From the NCBI RefSeq assembly GCF_009914755.1, contig NC_060948.1: a stretch of DNA of 64,000 nucleotides, one strand, 5' to 3'. The notes under the pieces are model-generated. The model ran no database searches, was not told the origin of the DNA, and worked only from the letters and a program-made list of their open reading frames with translations. The translations under genes and the position numbers were made by a program. Shown one piece after another: positions 40,501 to 54,700 of the stretch; the first letter of the stretch is position 1; every line of letters begins with the position of its first letter. The DNA comes from the human T2T-CHM13v2.0 reference genome, Homo sapiens.

Positions 40501-43500
40501 GTCCATTCCATTCCGTTTGATGCCATTCCATACGATTCCATTCAATTCGAGACCATTCTATTCCTGTCCATTCCTTGTGGTTCGATTCCATTTCACTCTA
40601 GTCCATTCCATTCCATTCAATTCCATTCGACTCTATTCCATTCCATTCAATTCCATTCCATTCGATTCCATTTTTGTCGAGAACCTTCCATTACACTCCC
40701 TTCCATTCCAGTGCATTCCATTCCAGTCTCTTCAGTTCGATTCCATTCCATTCGTTTCGATTCCTTTCCATTCCAGCCCATTCCATTCCATTCCTTTCCT
40801 TTCCGTTTCATTAGATTCCATTGCATTCGATTCCATTCAATTCAATTCCGTGCTATTCAATTTGATTCATTTCCATTTAATTCCATTCCATTAGATTCCA
40901 TTCCGTACGATTCCATTCCTTTTGAATCCATTCCATTGGAGTCCATTCACTTCCGGAACATTCCATTCCAGTCGAATCCATTCGAGGACATTCCATTAAA
41001 GTTCATTACATTCTAATACATTCCATTCCATTGCATTCCATTCCATTCCATTCGATGCCATTCGATTCCATTCCATGCCAAATCATTGCATTCCTTTCCA
41101 TTCCGTTCCTATCAATTCCATTCCATTAGATTTCGTTCGATTCTATTCCCTTCCATTCCATTCGATTCCATTCCATTGGATTCAATTCCTTTTGACACCC
41201 ATCCTTTCCAGTCAATGATTTTGGAGTCCATTTTTTTGCATTCCATTACATTCTATGACATTCGATTCCGTTTCATTGCATTCCATTCCATACATTTTTA
41301 TTCCATTCGAGACCGTAGCATTCTGCTTTATTCCAGGCCTGTCCATTACACTACATTCCCTTCGATTCCAATGAATTCCATTGCATTCCAATCCATTCCT
41401 TTCCTTTCGCTTGCATTCCATTCTATTCTCTTCTACTGCATACAATTTCACTCCATTCGTTCCCATTCCATTCAATTCCATTCCATTCAATTCCATTCCA
41501 TTTGTTTCCATTCTCTTCGATTCCATTTCTTTATATTCCATGCCATTCGATTCCATTCTACTGGATTGCATTACATTCGTGTTCATTCCATTCCAGACCA
41601 TTCCATTTGACTCCATTCGTTTCGAGCCCTTTCAATTTGAGTCCATTCTTTCCAGTCCATTTCACTCCAGTCCATTACTATCCATTCCATACCATTCCAT
41701 CCCATTCCATTCCATTCCATTCCATTCCATTCCATTGCATTCCATTCCATTCCATTCCATTACACTGCACTCCATTCCATTACATTCTACTCTATCTGAG
41801 TCGATTTTATTGCGTTAGATTCTATTCCATTGGATTACTTTCCATTCGATTACAATTCATTCATGTACATTCCATTCCAGTCAATTACATTCGAGTTCAT
41901 TACATTACATTCCAGTATATTCCATTGTATTCGATCCCATTCCTTTCAATTCCATTTCATTCGACTCCATTATATTCGATTCCATTCCACTCGAATCCAT
42001 TCCATTAGAGGACATTCCATTCCAATGCATTCCATTCCATTCCATAGCATTCCATTGCATTCGATTCCATTCCATTTGATGCCATTCCATTTGATGCCAT
42101 TCCATGACATTCCATTCCATTCGAGTCCATTCCGTTCCAATTCATTCCATTCCGTTTCATGAAATTCGCGTCCTTTCCAGTACATTTCATTCCAATCCCA
42201 TCCAATCCCATCTACTCCATTCAATTCCTTTCCATTCCATTTGATTATATTCCATTGATTTGATTCCATTCAGTTTGATTCCATTCCGTGAAATTTCCTT
42301 CCATTCTCTTCCATTGCATTACTTTCCATTCAATTCCATTCCATTTCATTTCAGTCCATTCGCTTCCTTTCCTTTCGATTCAATTCCATTTGATTCCACT
42401 CCATTCTATGCGATTCCATTCCAATCGATTCAATTCCATTCGATGACATTCCTTTCGTTTCCATTCCATTCGAGTCCATTCAATTTGAGCATTCGTGTCC
42501 ATTCTATTCGAGTCCATTCCATTACCGTCTATTCTATTCCCTTCCATTCCTGTTGATTCAATTTCATTCCCTTCCATTTGATTCCTTTCCATTCGATTCC
42601 ATTCCTTTCCATTCCATTCCATTCGTTCCCATTCTATGTGATTTCATTCCATTCCAGTCCATTATATTCGAGTCCACTCCACTCCATTCTATTACATTCA
42701 ATTCCTTTTGAGTCCGTTCCATAACACTCCATTCATTTCGATTCCATTTCTTGCAAGTTTTCTTCCATTTTATTCCATTCCGTTCGATTCCATTCCATTC
42801 GATTGCATTCCATTCGAATCCTTTCCATTCCATTTCATTCCATTCCTTTCTATTCCATTCCATTTCATTCGATTTGATTCCATTCTGTTCTATTCCATTC
42901 AATTCTTTTTCAATCCATTCGAATCCTTTCTGTTGCAGTCCATTCCATTCGAGTCCATTCAAATCCCTTCCATTCCATTCCATTACAGTCCATTCCAATA
43001 GATTCCATTCCTTTGCCTTCCATTCGAATCCATTCCATTCTAGTCCATTCCATTTGAGTCAATTCCATTCCATTCCATTCTATTCCTTTCCAATCCATTC
43101 GATTCCATTCGATTCAATTCCGTTTTATTCTCTTTCATTCTATTTTATTCCATGCCATTTGATTGCATTGCATTCCATTCCGTTTGATTCCAGTCCATTC
43201 AAGAAAGTTCCATTCCAGTCCATTGCTTTCCAGTCCATTCCATTCCACTCTAGTCTATTCCACTCCATTCCTTTCCATTCCATTCCATACTATTCCATTC
43301 CATTCCTTGGCATTCCGTTTCCAATCTATTCGAGTCCATTGCATTCCAGTCCAATCCATTCGATTACATTCCTTTTGATTCCCTGCCAGTCGATTGAATT
43401 GCATACTACACCATTCCAAAGGAGTCCATTCCATTCAATCTCAACACTTTCCATTCCACTCTGTTCGAGTCCATTCCATTCCAGTCCATTTAATTCAAGG

Positions 43501-46500
43501 GCATTCCATTCCATTCCATTCCATTTCATATTATTCCATTCCATTCAATTCCATTCCAGATGATTCCATTCCATTCTATACCATTGCTCTCTGTTCCATT
43601 CCATTCCATCTGTCTCCATTCCTTTCGTTTCGATTCCTTTCCATTCCATTCCATTACATTTGATCCTATTTTATTAAATTGCATTCTATTCGAGTGATTT
43701 CCATTCGAGTCCTTTCCATTCGATTCCATTCCATTCTATTCCATTCCTTTGGATTCCATTCCATTCCGTTCCGTTCACATCAATTCCTTGCGATTCCATT
43801 ACATTCGATTTCTTGCCATTCGATTCCATTCCTTTTGACTCCATTTCATTCGATTCCATTCCATTCCATTAATTTCCATTCCATTCGAGACCTTTCCATT
43901 GCAGTCTTTTCCCTTCGAGTCCATTCCGTTCGATTCCCTTCCATTCGATTCCATTCCATTGGAGTCCGTACCAGTCGAGTCCATTCTATTCCAGTCCATT
44001 AGTTTCGACTCCATTGCATTCGAGTGCATTCCATTCCGTGGCTGTCCATTCCATTCCGTTTGATGCCATTCCATACGATTCCATTCAATTCGAGACCATT
44101 CTATTCCTGTCCATTCCTTGTGGTTCGATTCCATTTCACTCTAGTCCATTCCATTCCATTCAATTCCATTCGACTCTATTCCGTTCCATTGAATTCCATT
44201 CCATTCGATTCCATTTTTGTCGAGAACCTTCCATTACACTCCCTTCCATTCCAGTGCATTCCATTCCAGTCTCTTCAGTTCGATTCCATTCCATTCGTTT
44301 CGATTCCTTTCCATTCCAGCCCATTCCATTCCATTCCTTTCCTTTCCGTTTCATTAGATTCCATTGCATTCGATTCCATTCAATTCAGTTCCGTGCTATT
44401 CAATTTGATTCATTTCCATTTAATTCCATTCCATTAGATTCCATTCCGTACGATTCCATTCCTTTTGAATCCATTCCATTGGAGTCCATTCACTTCCAGA
44501 ACATTCCATTCCAGTCGAATCCATTCGAGGACATTCCATTAAAGTTCATTACATTCTAATACATTCCATTCCATTGCATTCCATTCCATTCCATTCGATG
44601 CCATTCGATTCCATTCCATGCCAAATCATTGCATTCCTTTCCATTCCGTTCCTATCAATTCCATTCCATTCGATTTAGTTCGATTCTATTCACTTCCATT
44701 CCATTCGATTCCATTCCATTGGAGTCAATTCCTTTTGACACCCAGCCTTTCCAGTCAATGATTTTGGAGTCCATTTTTTTGCATTCCATTACATTCTATG
44801 ACATTCGATTCCGTTTCATTGCATTCCATTCCATACATTTTTATTCCATTCGAGACCGTAGCATTCTGCTTTATTCCAGGCCTGTCCATTACACTACATT
44901 CCCTTCCATTCCAATGAATTCCATTCCATTCCAATCCATTCCTTTCCTTTCGCTTGCATTCCATTCTATTCTCTTCTACTGCATACAATTTCACTCCATT
45001 CGTTCCCATTCCATTCAACTCCATTCCATTCAATTCCATTCCATTTGTTTCCATTCTCTTCGATTCCATTTCTTTATATTCCATGCCATTCGATTCCATT
45101 CTATTGGATTGCATTACATTCGTGTTCATTCCATTCCAGACCATTCCATTTGACTCCATTCCTTTCGAGCCCTTTCAATTTGAGTCCATTCTTTCCAGTC
45201 CATTTCACTCCAGTCCATTACTATCCATTCCATACCATTCCATCCCTTTCCATTCCATTCCATTCCATTCCATTCCATTCCATTCCATTCCATTCCATTC
45301 CATTGCATTCCATTCCATTCCATTCCATTGCACTGCACTCCATTCCATTACATTCTACTCTATCTGAGTCGATTTTATTGCATTAGATTCTATTCCATTG
45401 GATTACTTTCCATTCGATTACATTTCATTCATGTACATTCCATTCCAGTCAATTACATTCGAGTTCATTACATTGCATTCCAGTATATTCCATTGTATTC
45501 GATCCCATTCCTTTCAATTCCATTTCATTCGACTCCATTATATTCGATTCCATTCCACTCAAATCCATTCCATTAGAGGACATTCCATTCCAATGCATTC
45601 CATTCCATTCCATAGCATTCCATTGCATTCGATTCCATTCCATTTGATGCCATTCCATTTGATGCCATTCTATGACATTCCATTCCATTCGAGTCCATTC
45701 CGTTCCAATTCATTCCATTCCGTTTCATGAAATTCGAGTCCTTTCCAGTACATTTCATTCCAATCCATTCCAATCCCATCTACTCCATTCAATTCCTTTC
45801 CATTCCATTTGATTAGATTCCATTGATTTGATTCCATTCAGTTTGATTCCATTCCGTGAAATTTCCTTCCATTCTCTTCCATTGCATTACTTTCCATTCA
45901 ATTCCATTCCATTTCATTTCAGTCCATTCGCTTCCTTTCTTTTCGATTCAATTCCATTTGATTCCACTCCATTCTATGCGATTTCATTCCAATCGATTCA
46001 ATTCCATTCGATGACATTCCTTTCGTTTCCATTCCATTCGAGTCCATTCAATTTGAGCATTCGTGTCCATTCTATTCGAGTCCATTCCATTACCGTCTAT
46101 TCTATTCCCTTCCATTCCTGTTGATTCAATTTCATTCCCTTCCATTCGATTCCTTTCCATTCGATTCCATTCCTTTCCATTCCATTCCATTCGTTCCCAT
46201 TCCATGTGATTTCATTCCATTCCAGTCCATTATATTCGAGTCCACTCCACTCCATTCTATTACATTCAATTCCTTTTGAGTCCGTTCCATAACACTCCAT
46301 TCATTTTGATTCCATTTCTTGCCAGTTTTCTTCCATTTTATTCCATTCCGTTTGATTCCATTCCATTCGATTGCATTCCATTCGAATCCTTTCCATTCAA
46401 TTTCATTCCATTCCTTTCTATTCCATTCCATTTCATTCGATTTGATTCCATTCTGTTCTATTCCATTCAATTCTTTTTCATTCCATTCGAATCCTTTCTA

Positions 46501-49500
46501 TTGCAGTCCATTCCATTCGAGTCCATTCCAATCCCTTCCATTCCATTCCATTACAGTCCATTCCAATAGATTCCATTCCTTTGCCTTCCATTCAAATCCA
46601 TTCCATTCTAGTCCATTCCATTTGAATCAATTCCATTCCATTCAATTCTATTCCTTTCCAATCCATTCGATTCCATTCGATTCAATTCCGTTTGATTCTC
46701 TTTCATTCTATTTTATTCCATGCCATTTGATTGCATTGCATTCCATTCCGTTTGATTCCAGTCCATTCAAGAAAGTTCCATTCAAGTCCATTCCTTTCCA
46801 GTCCATTCCATTCCACTCTAGTCTATTCCACTCCATTCCTTTCCATTCCATTGCATACTATTCCATTCCATTCCTTTGCATTCCGTTTCCAATCTATTCG
46901 AGTCCATTGCATTCCAGTCCAATCCATTCGATTACATTCCTTTTGATTACCTGCCAGTCGATTGCATTGCATACTACACCATTCCAAAGGAGTCCATTCC
47001 ATTCTACCTCAACACTTTCCATTCCACTCTGTTCGAGTCCATTCCATTCCAGTCCATTTAATTCAAGGGCATTCCATTCCATTCCATTCCATTTCATATT
47101 ATTCCATTCCATTCAATTCCATTCCAGATGATTCCATTCCATTCTATACCATTGCTCTCTGTTCCATTCCATTCCATCTGTCTCCATTCCTTTCGTTTCG
47201 ATTCCTTTCCATTCCATTCCATTACATTTGATCCTATTTTATTAAATTGCATTCTATTCGAGTGATTTCCATTCGAGTCCTTTCCATTCGATTCCATTCC
47301 ATTCTATTCCATTCCTTTGGATTCCATTCCATTCCGTTCCGTTCACATCAATTCCTTGCGATTCCATTACATTCGATTTCTTGCCATTCGATTCCATTCC
47401 TTTTGACTCCATTTCATTCGATTCCATTCCATTCCATTAATTTCCATTCCATTCGAGACCTTTCCATTGCAGTCTTTTCCCTTCGAGTCCATTCCGTTCG
47501 ATTCCCTTCCATTCGATTCCATTCCATTGGAGTCCGTACCAGTCGAGTCCATTCTATTCCAGTCCATTAGTTTCGACTCCATTGCATTCGAGTGCATTCC
47601 ATTCCGTGGCTGTCCATTCCATTCCGTTTGATGCCATTCCATACGATTCCATTCAATTCGAGACCATTCTATTCCTGTCCATTCCTTGTGGTTCGATTGC
47701 ATTTCACTCTAGTCCATTCCATTCCATTCAATTCCATTCGACTCTATTCCATTCCATTCAATTCCATTCCATTCGATTCCATTTTTGTCGAGAACCTTCC
47801 ATTACACTCCCTTCCATTCCAGTGCATTCCATTCCAGTCTCTTCAGTTCGATTCCATTCCATTCGTTTCGATTCCTTTCCATTCCAGCCCATTCCATTCC
47901 ATTCCTTTCCTTTCCGTTTCATTAGATTCCATTGCATTCGATTCCATTCAATTCAATTCCGTGCTATTCAATTTGATTCATTTCCATTTAATTCCATTCC
48001 ATTAGATTCCATTCCGTACGATTCCATTCCTTTTGAATCCATTCCATTGGAGTCCATTCACTTCCGGAACATTCCATTCCAGTCGAATCCATTCGAGGAC
48101 ATTCCATTAAAGTTCATTACATTCTAATACATTCCATTCCATTGCATTCCATTCCATTCCATTCGATGCCATTCGATTCCATTCCATGCCAAATCATTGC
48201 ATTCCTTTCCATTCCGTTCCTATCAATTCCATTCCATTAGATTTCGTTCGATTCTATTCCCTTCCATTCCATTCGATTCCATTCCATTGGAGTCAATTCC
48301 TTTTGACACCCATCCTTTCCAGTCAATGATTTTGGAGTCCATTTTTTTGCATTCCATTACATTCTATGACATTCGATTCCGTTTCATTGCATTCCATTCC
48401 ATACATTTTTATTCCATTCGAGACCGTAGCATTCTGCTTTATTCCAGGCCTGTCCATTACACTACATTCCCTTCGATTCCAATGAATTCCATTGCATTCC
48501 AATCCATTCCTTTCCTTTCGCTTGCATTCCATTCTATTCTCTTCTACTGCATACAATTTCACTCCATTCGTTCCCATTCCATTCAATTCCATTCCATTCA
48601 ATTCCATTCCATTTGTTTCCATTCTCTTCGATTCCATTTCTTTATATTCCATGCCATTCGATTCCATTCTACTGGATTGCATTACATTCGTGTTCATTCC
48701 ATTCCAGACCATTCCATTTGACTCCATTCCTTTCGAGCCCTTTCAATTTGAGTCCATTCTTTCCAGTCCATTTCACTCCAGTCCATTACTATCCATTCCA
48801 TACCATTCCATCCCATTCCATTCCATTCCATTCCATTCCATTCCATTGCATTCCATTCCATTCCATTCCATTGCACTGCACTCCATTCCATTACATTCTA
48901 CTCTATCTGAGTCGATTTTATTGCGTTAGATTCTATTCCATTGGATTACTTTCCATTCGATTACAATTCATTCATGTACATTCCATTCCAGTCAATTACA
49001 TTCGAGTTCATTACATTACATTCCAGTATATTCCATTGTATTCGATCCCATTCCTTTCAATTCCATTTCATTCGACTCCATTATATTCGATTCCATTCCA
49101 CTCGAATCCATTCCATTAGAGGACATTCCATTCCAATGCATTCCATTCCATTCCATAGCATTCCATTGCATTCGATTCCATTCCATTTGATGCCATTCCA
49201 TTTGATGCCATTCCATGACATTCCATTCCATTCGAGTCCATTCCGTTCCAATTCATTCCATTCCGTTTCATGAAATTCGCGTCCTTTCCATTACATTTCA
49301 TTCCAATCCCATCCAATCCCATCTACTCCATTCAATTCCTTTCCATTCCATTTGATTATATTCCATTGATTTGATTCCATTCAGTTTGATTCCATTCCGT
49401 GAAATTTCCTTCCATTCTCTTCCATTGCATTACTTTCCATTCAATTCCATTCCATTTCATTTCAGTCCATTCGCTTCCTTTCCTTTCGATTCAATTCCAT

Positions 49501-51721
49501 TTGATTCCACTCCATTCTATGCGATTCCATTCCAATCGATTCAATTCCATTCGATGACATTCCTTTCGTTTCCATTCCATTCGAGTCCATTCAATTTGAG
49601 CATTCGTGTCCATTCTATTCGAGTCCATTCCATTACCGTCTATTCTATTCCCTTCCATTCCTGTTGATTCAATTTCATTCCCTTCCATTCGATTCCTTTC
49701 CATTCGATTCCATTCCTTTCCATTCCATTCCATTCGTTCCCATTCCATGTGATTTCATTCCATTCCAGTCCATTATATTCGAGTCCACTCCACTCCATTC
49801 TATTACATTCAATTCCTTTTGAGTCCGTTCCATAACACTCCATTCATTTCGATTCCATTTCTTGCCAGTTTTCTTCCATTTTATTCCATTCCGTTCGATT
49901 CCATTCCATTCGATTGCATTCCATTCGAATCCTTTCCATTCCATTTCATTCCATTCCTTTCTATTCCATTCCATTTCATTCGATTTGATTCCATTCTGTT
50001 CTATTCCATTCAATTCTTTTTCAATCCATTCGAATCCTTTCTATTGCAGTCCATTCCATTCGAGTCCATTCCAATCCCTTCCATTCCATTCCATTACAGT
50101 CCATTCCAATAGATTCCATTCCTTTGCCTTCCATTCGAATCCATTCCATTTGAGTCAATTCCATTCCATTCCATTCTATTCCTTTCCAATCCATTCGATT
50201 CCATTCGATTCAATTCCGTTTGATTCTCTTTCATTCTATTTTATTACATGCCATTTGATTGCATTGCATTCCATTCCGTTTGATTCCAGTCCATTCAAGA
50301 AAGTTCCATTCCAGTCCATTGCTTTCCAGTCCATTCCATTCCACTCTAGTCTATTCCACTCCATTCCTTTCCATTCCATTCCATACTATTCCATTCCATT
50401 CCTTTGCATTCCGTTTCCAATCTATTCGAGTCCATTGCATTCCAGTCCAATCCATTCGATTACATTCCTTTTGATTCCCTGCCAGTCGATTGCATTGCAT
50501 ACTACACCATTCCAAAGGAGTCCATTCCATTCTATCTCAACACTTTCCATTCCACTCTGTTCGAGTCCATTCCATTCCAGTCCATTTAATTCAAGGGCAT
50601 TCCATTCCATTCCATTCCATTTCATATTATTCCATTCCATTCAATTCCATTCCAGATGATTCCATTCCATTCTATACCATTGCTCTCTGTTCCATTCCAT
50701 TCCATCTGTCTCCATTCCTTTCGTTTCGATTCCTTTCCATTCCATTCCATTACATTTGATCCTATTTTATTAAATTGCATTCTATTCGAGTGATTTCCAT
50801 TCGAGTCCTTTCCATTCGATTCCATTCCATTCTATTCCATTCCTTTGGATTCCATTCCATTCCGTTCCGTTCACATCAATTCGTTGCGATTCCATTACAT
50901 TCGATTTCTTGCCATTCGATTGCATTCCTTTTGACTCCATTTCATTCGATTCCATTCCATTCCATTAATTTCCATTCCATTCGAGACCTTTACATTGCAG
51001 TCTTTTCCCTTCGAGTCCATTCCGTTCGATTCCCTTCCATTCGATTCCATTCCATTGGAGTCCGTACCAGTCGAGTCCATTCTATTCCAGTCCATTAGTT
51101 TCGACTCCATTGCATTCGAGTGCATTCCATTCCGTGGCTGTCCATTCCATTCCGTTTGATGCCATTCCATACGATTCCATTCAATTCGAGACCATTCTAT
51201 TCCTGTCCATTCCTTGTGGTTCGATTCCATTTCACTCTAGTCCATTCCATTCCATTCAATTCCATTCGACTCTATTCCGTTCCATTGAATTCCATTCCAT
51301 TCGATTCCATTTTTGTCGAGAACCTTCCATTACACTCCCTTCCATTCCAGTGCATTCCATTCCAGTCTCTTCAGTTCGATTCCATTCCATTCGTTTCGAT
51401 TCCTTTCCATTCCAGCCCATTCCATTCCATTCCATTCCTTTCCTTTCCGTTTCATTAGATTTCATTGCATTCGATTCCATTCAATTCAGTTCCGTGCTAT
51501 TCAATTTGATTCATTTCCATTTAATTCCATTCCATTAGATTCCATTCCGTACGATTCCATTCCTTTTGAATCCATTCCATTGGAGTCCATTCACTTCCAG
51601 AACATTCCATTCCAGTCGAATCCATTCGAGGACATTCCATTAAAGTTCATTACATTCTAATACATTCCATTCCATTGCATTCCATTCCATTCCATTCGAT
51701 GCCATTCGATTCCATTCCATG
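37520..51721 (+). repeat. Units U12-U15 (3558, 3543, 3568, 3533 bp) forming an alternating A-B-A-B ~7.1 kb dimer
   Basis: Anchors at 37520, 41078, 44621, 48189 and 51722; diagnostic variants are shared by alternate units. Confidence 0.88.
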
Positions 51722-54700
51722 CCAAATCATTGCATTCCTTTCCATTCCGTTCCTATCAATTCCATTCCATTCGATTTAGTTCGAATCTATTCACTTCCAT
51801 TCCATTCGATTCCATTCCATTGGAGTCAATTCCTTTTGACACCCAGCCTTTCCAGTCAATGATTTTGGAGTCCATTTTTTTGCATTCCATTACATTCTAT
51901 GACATTCGATTCCGTTTCATTGCATTCCATTCCATACATTTTTATTCCATTCGAGACCGTAGCATTCTGCTTTATTCCAGGCCTGTCCATTACACTACAT
52001 TCCCTTCCATTCCAATGAATTCCATTCCATTCCAATCCATTCCTTTCCTTTCGCTTGCATTCCATTCTATTCTCTTCTACTGCATACAATTTCACTCCAT
52101 TCGTTCCCATTCTATTCAATTCCATTCCATTCAATTCCATTCCATTTGTTTCCATTCTCTTCGATTCCATTTCTTTATATTCCATGCCATTCGATTCCAT
52201 TCTACTGGATTGCATTACATTCGTGTTCATTCCATTCCAGATCATTCCATTTGACTCCATTCCTTTCGAGCCCTTTCAATTTGAGTCCATTCTTTCCAGT
52301 CCATTTCACTCCAGTCCATTACTATCCATTCCATACCATTCCGTCCCATTCCATTCCATTCCATTCCATTCCATTGCATTCCATTCCATTCCATTCCATT
52401 GCACTGCTCTCCATTCCATTACATTCTACTCTATCTGAGTCGATTTTATTGCGTTAGATTCTATTCCATTGGATTACTTTCCATTCGATTACAATTCATT
52501 CATGTACATTCCATTCCAGTCAATTACATTCGAGTTCATTACATTACATTCCAGTATATTCCATTGTATTCGATCCCATTCCTTTCAATTCCATTTCATT
52601 CGACTCCATTATATTCGATTCCATTCCACTCGAATCCATTCCATTAGAGGACATTCCATTCCAATGCATTCCATTCCATTCCATAGCATTCCATTGCATT
52701 CGATTCCATTCCCTTTGATGCCATTCCGTTTGATGCCATTCCATGACATTCCATTCCATTCGAGTCCATTCCGTTCCAATTCATTCCATTCCGTTTCATG
52801 AAATTCGAGTGCTTTCCAGTACATTTCATTCCAATCCCATCCAATCCAATCTACTCCATTCAATTCCTTTCCATTCCATTTGATTATATTCCATTGATTT
52901 GATTCCATTCAGTTTGATGCCATTACGTGAAATTTCGTTCCATTCTATTCCATTGCATTACTTTCCATTCAATTCCATTCCATTTCATTTCAGTCCATTC
53001 GCTTCCTTTCCTTTCGATTCAATTCAATTTGATTCCACTCCATTCTATGCGATTTCATTCCAATCGATTCAATTCCATTCGATGACATTCCTTTCGTTTC
53101 CATTCCATTCGAGTCCATTCAATTTGAGCATTCGTGTCCATTCTATTCGAGTCCATTCCATTACCGTCTATTCTATTCCCTTCCATTCCTGTTGATTCAA
53201 TTTCATTCCCTTCCATTCGATTCCTTTCCATTCGATTCCATTCCTTTCCATTCCATTCCATTCGTTCCCATTCCATGTGATTTCATTCCATTCCAGTCCA
53301 TTATATTCGAGTCCACTCCACTCCATTCTATTACATTCAATTCCTTTTGAGTCCGTTCCATAACACTCCATTCCTTTCGATTCCATTTCTTGCCAGTTTT
53401 CTTCCATTTTATTCCATTCCGTTCGATTCCATTCCATTCGATTGCATTCATTTCGAATCCTTTCCATTCCATTTCATTCCATTCCTTTCTATTCCATTCC
53501 ATTTCATTCGATTTGATTCCATTCTGTTCTATTCCATTCAATTCTTTTTCATTCCATTCGAATCCTTTCTATTGCAGTCCATTCCATTCGAGTCCATTCT
53601 AATCCCTTCCATTCCATTCCATTACAGTCCATTCCAATAGATTCCATTCCTTTGCCTTCCATTCGAATCCATTCCATTCTAGTCCATTCCATCTGAGTCA
53701 ATTCCATTCCATTCCATTCTATTCCTTTCCAATCCATTCGTTTCCATTCGATTCAATTCCGTTTGATTCTCTTTCATTCTATTTTATTCCATGCCATTTG
53801 ATTGCATTGCATTCCATTCCGTTTGATTCCAGTCCATTCAAGAAAGTTCCATTCCAGTCCATTGCTTTTGAGTCCATTCCATTCCACTCTAGTCTATTCC
53901 ACTCCATTCCTTTCCATTCCATTCCATACTATTCCATTCCATTCCTTTGCATTCCGTTTCCAATCTATTCGAGTCCATAGCATTCTAGTCCAATCCATTC
54001 GATTACATTCCTTTTGATTCCCTGCCAGTCGATTGCATTGCATACTAGACCATTCCAAAGGAGTCCATTCCATTCTATGTCAACACTTTCCATTCCACTC
54101 TGTTCGAGTCCATTCCATTCCAGTCCATTTAATTTAAGGGCATTCCATTCCATTCCATTCCATTTCATGTTATTCCATTCCATTCAATTCCATTCCAGAT
54201 GATTCCATTCCATTCCATACCATTGCTCTCTGTTCCATTCCATTCCATCTGTCTCCATTCCTTTCGTTTCGATTCCTTTCCATTCCATTACATTACATTT
54301 GATCCTATTTTATTAAATTGCATTCTATTCGAGTGATTTCCATTCGAGTCCTTTCCCTTCGATTCCATTCCGTTCTATTCCATTCCTTTGGATTCCATTC
54401 CATTCCGTTCCGTTCACATCAATTCCTTGCGATTCCATTACATTCGATTTCTTGCCATTCGATTCCATTCCTTTTGACTCCATTTCATTCGATTCCATTC
54501 CATTCCATTAATTTCCATTCCATTCGAGACCTTTCCATTGCAGTCTTTTCCCTACGAGTCCATTCCGTTCCATTCCCTTCCATTCGATTCCATTCCATTG
54601 GAGTCCGTACCAGTCGAGTCCATTCTATTCCAGTGCATTAGTTTCGACTCCATTGCATTCGAGTGCATTCCATTCCGTGGCTGTCCATTCCATTCCGTTT

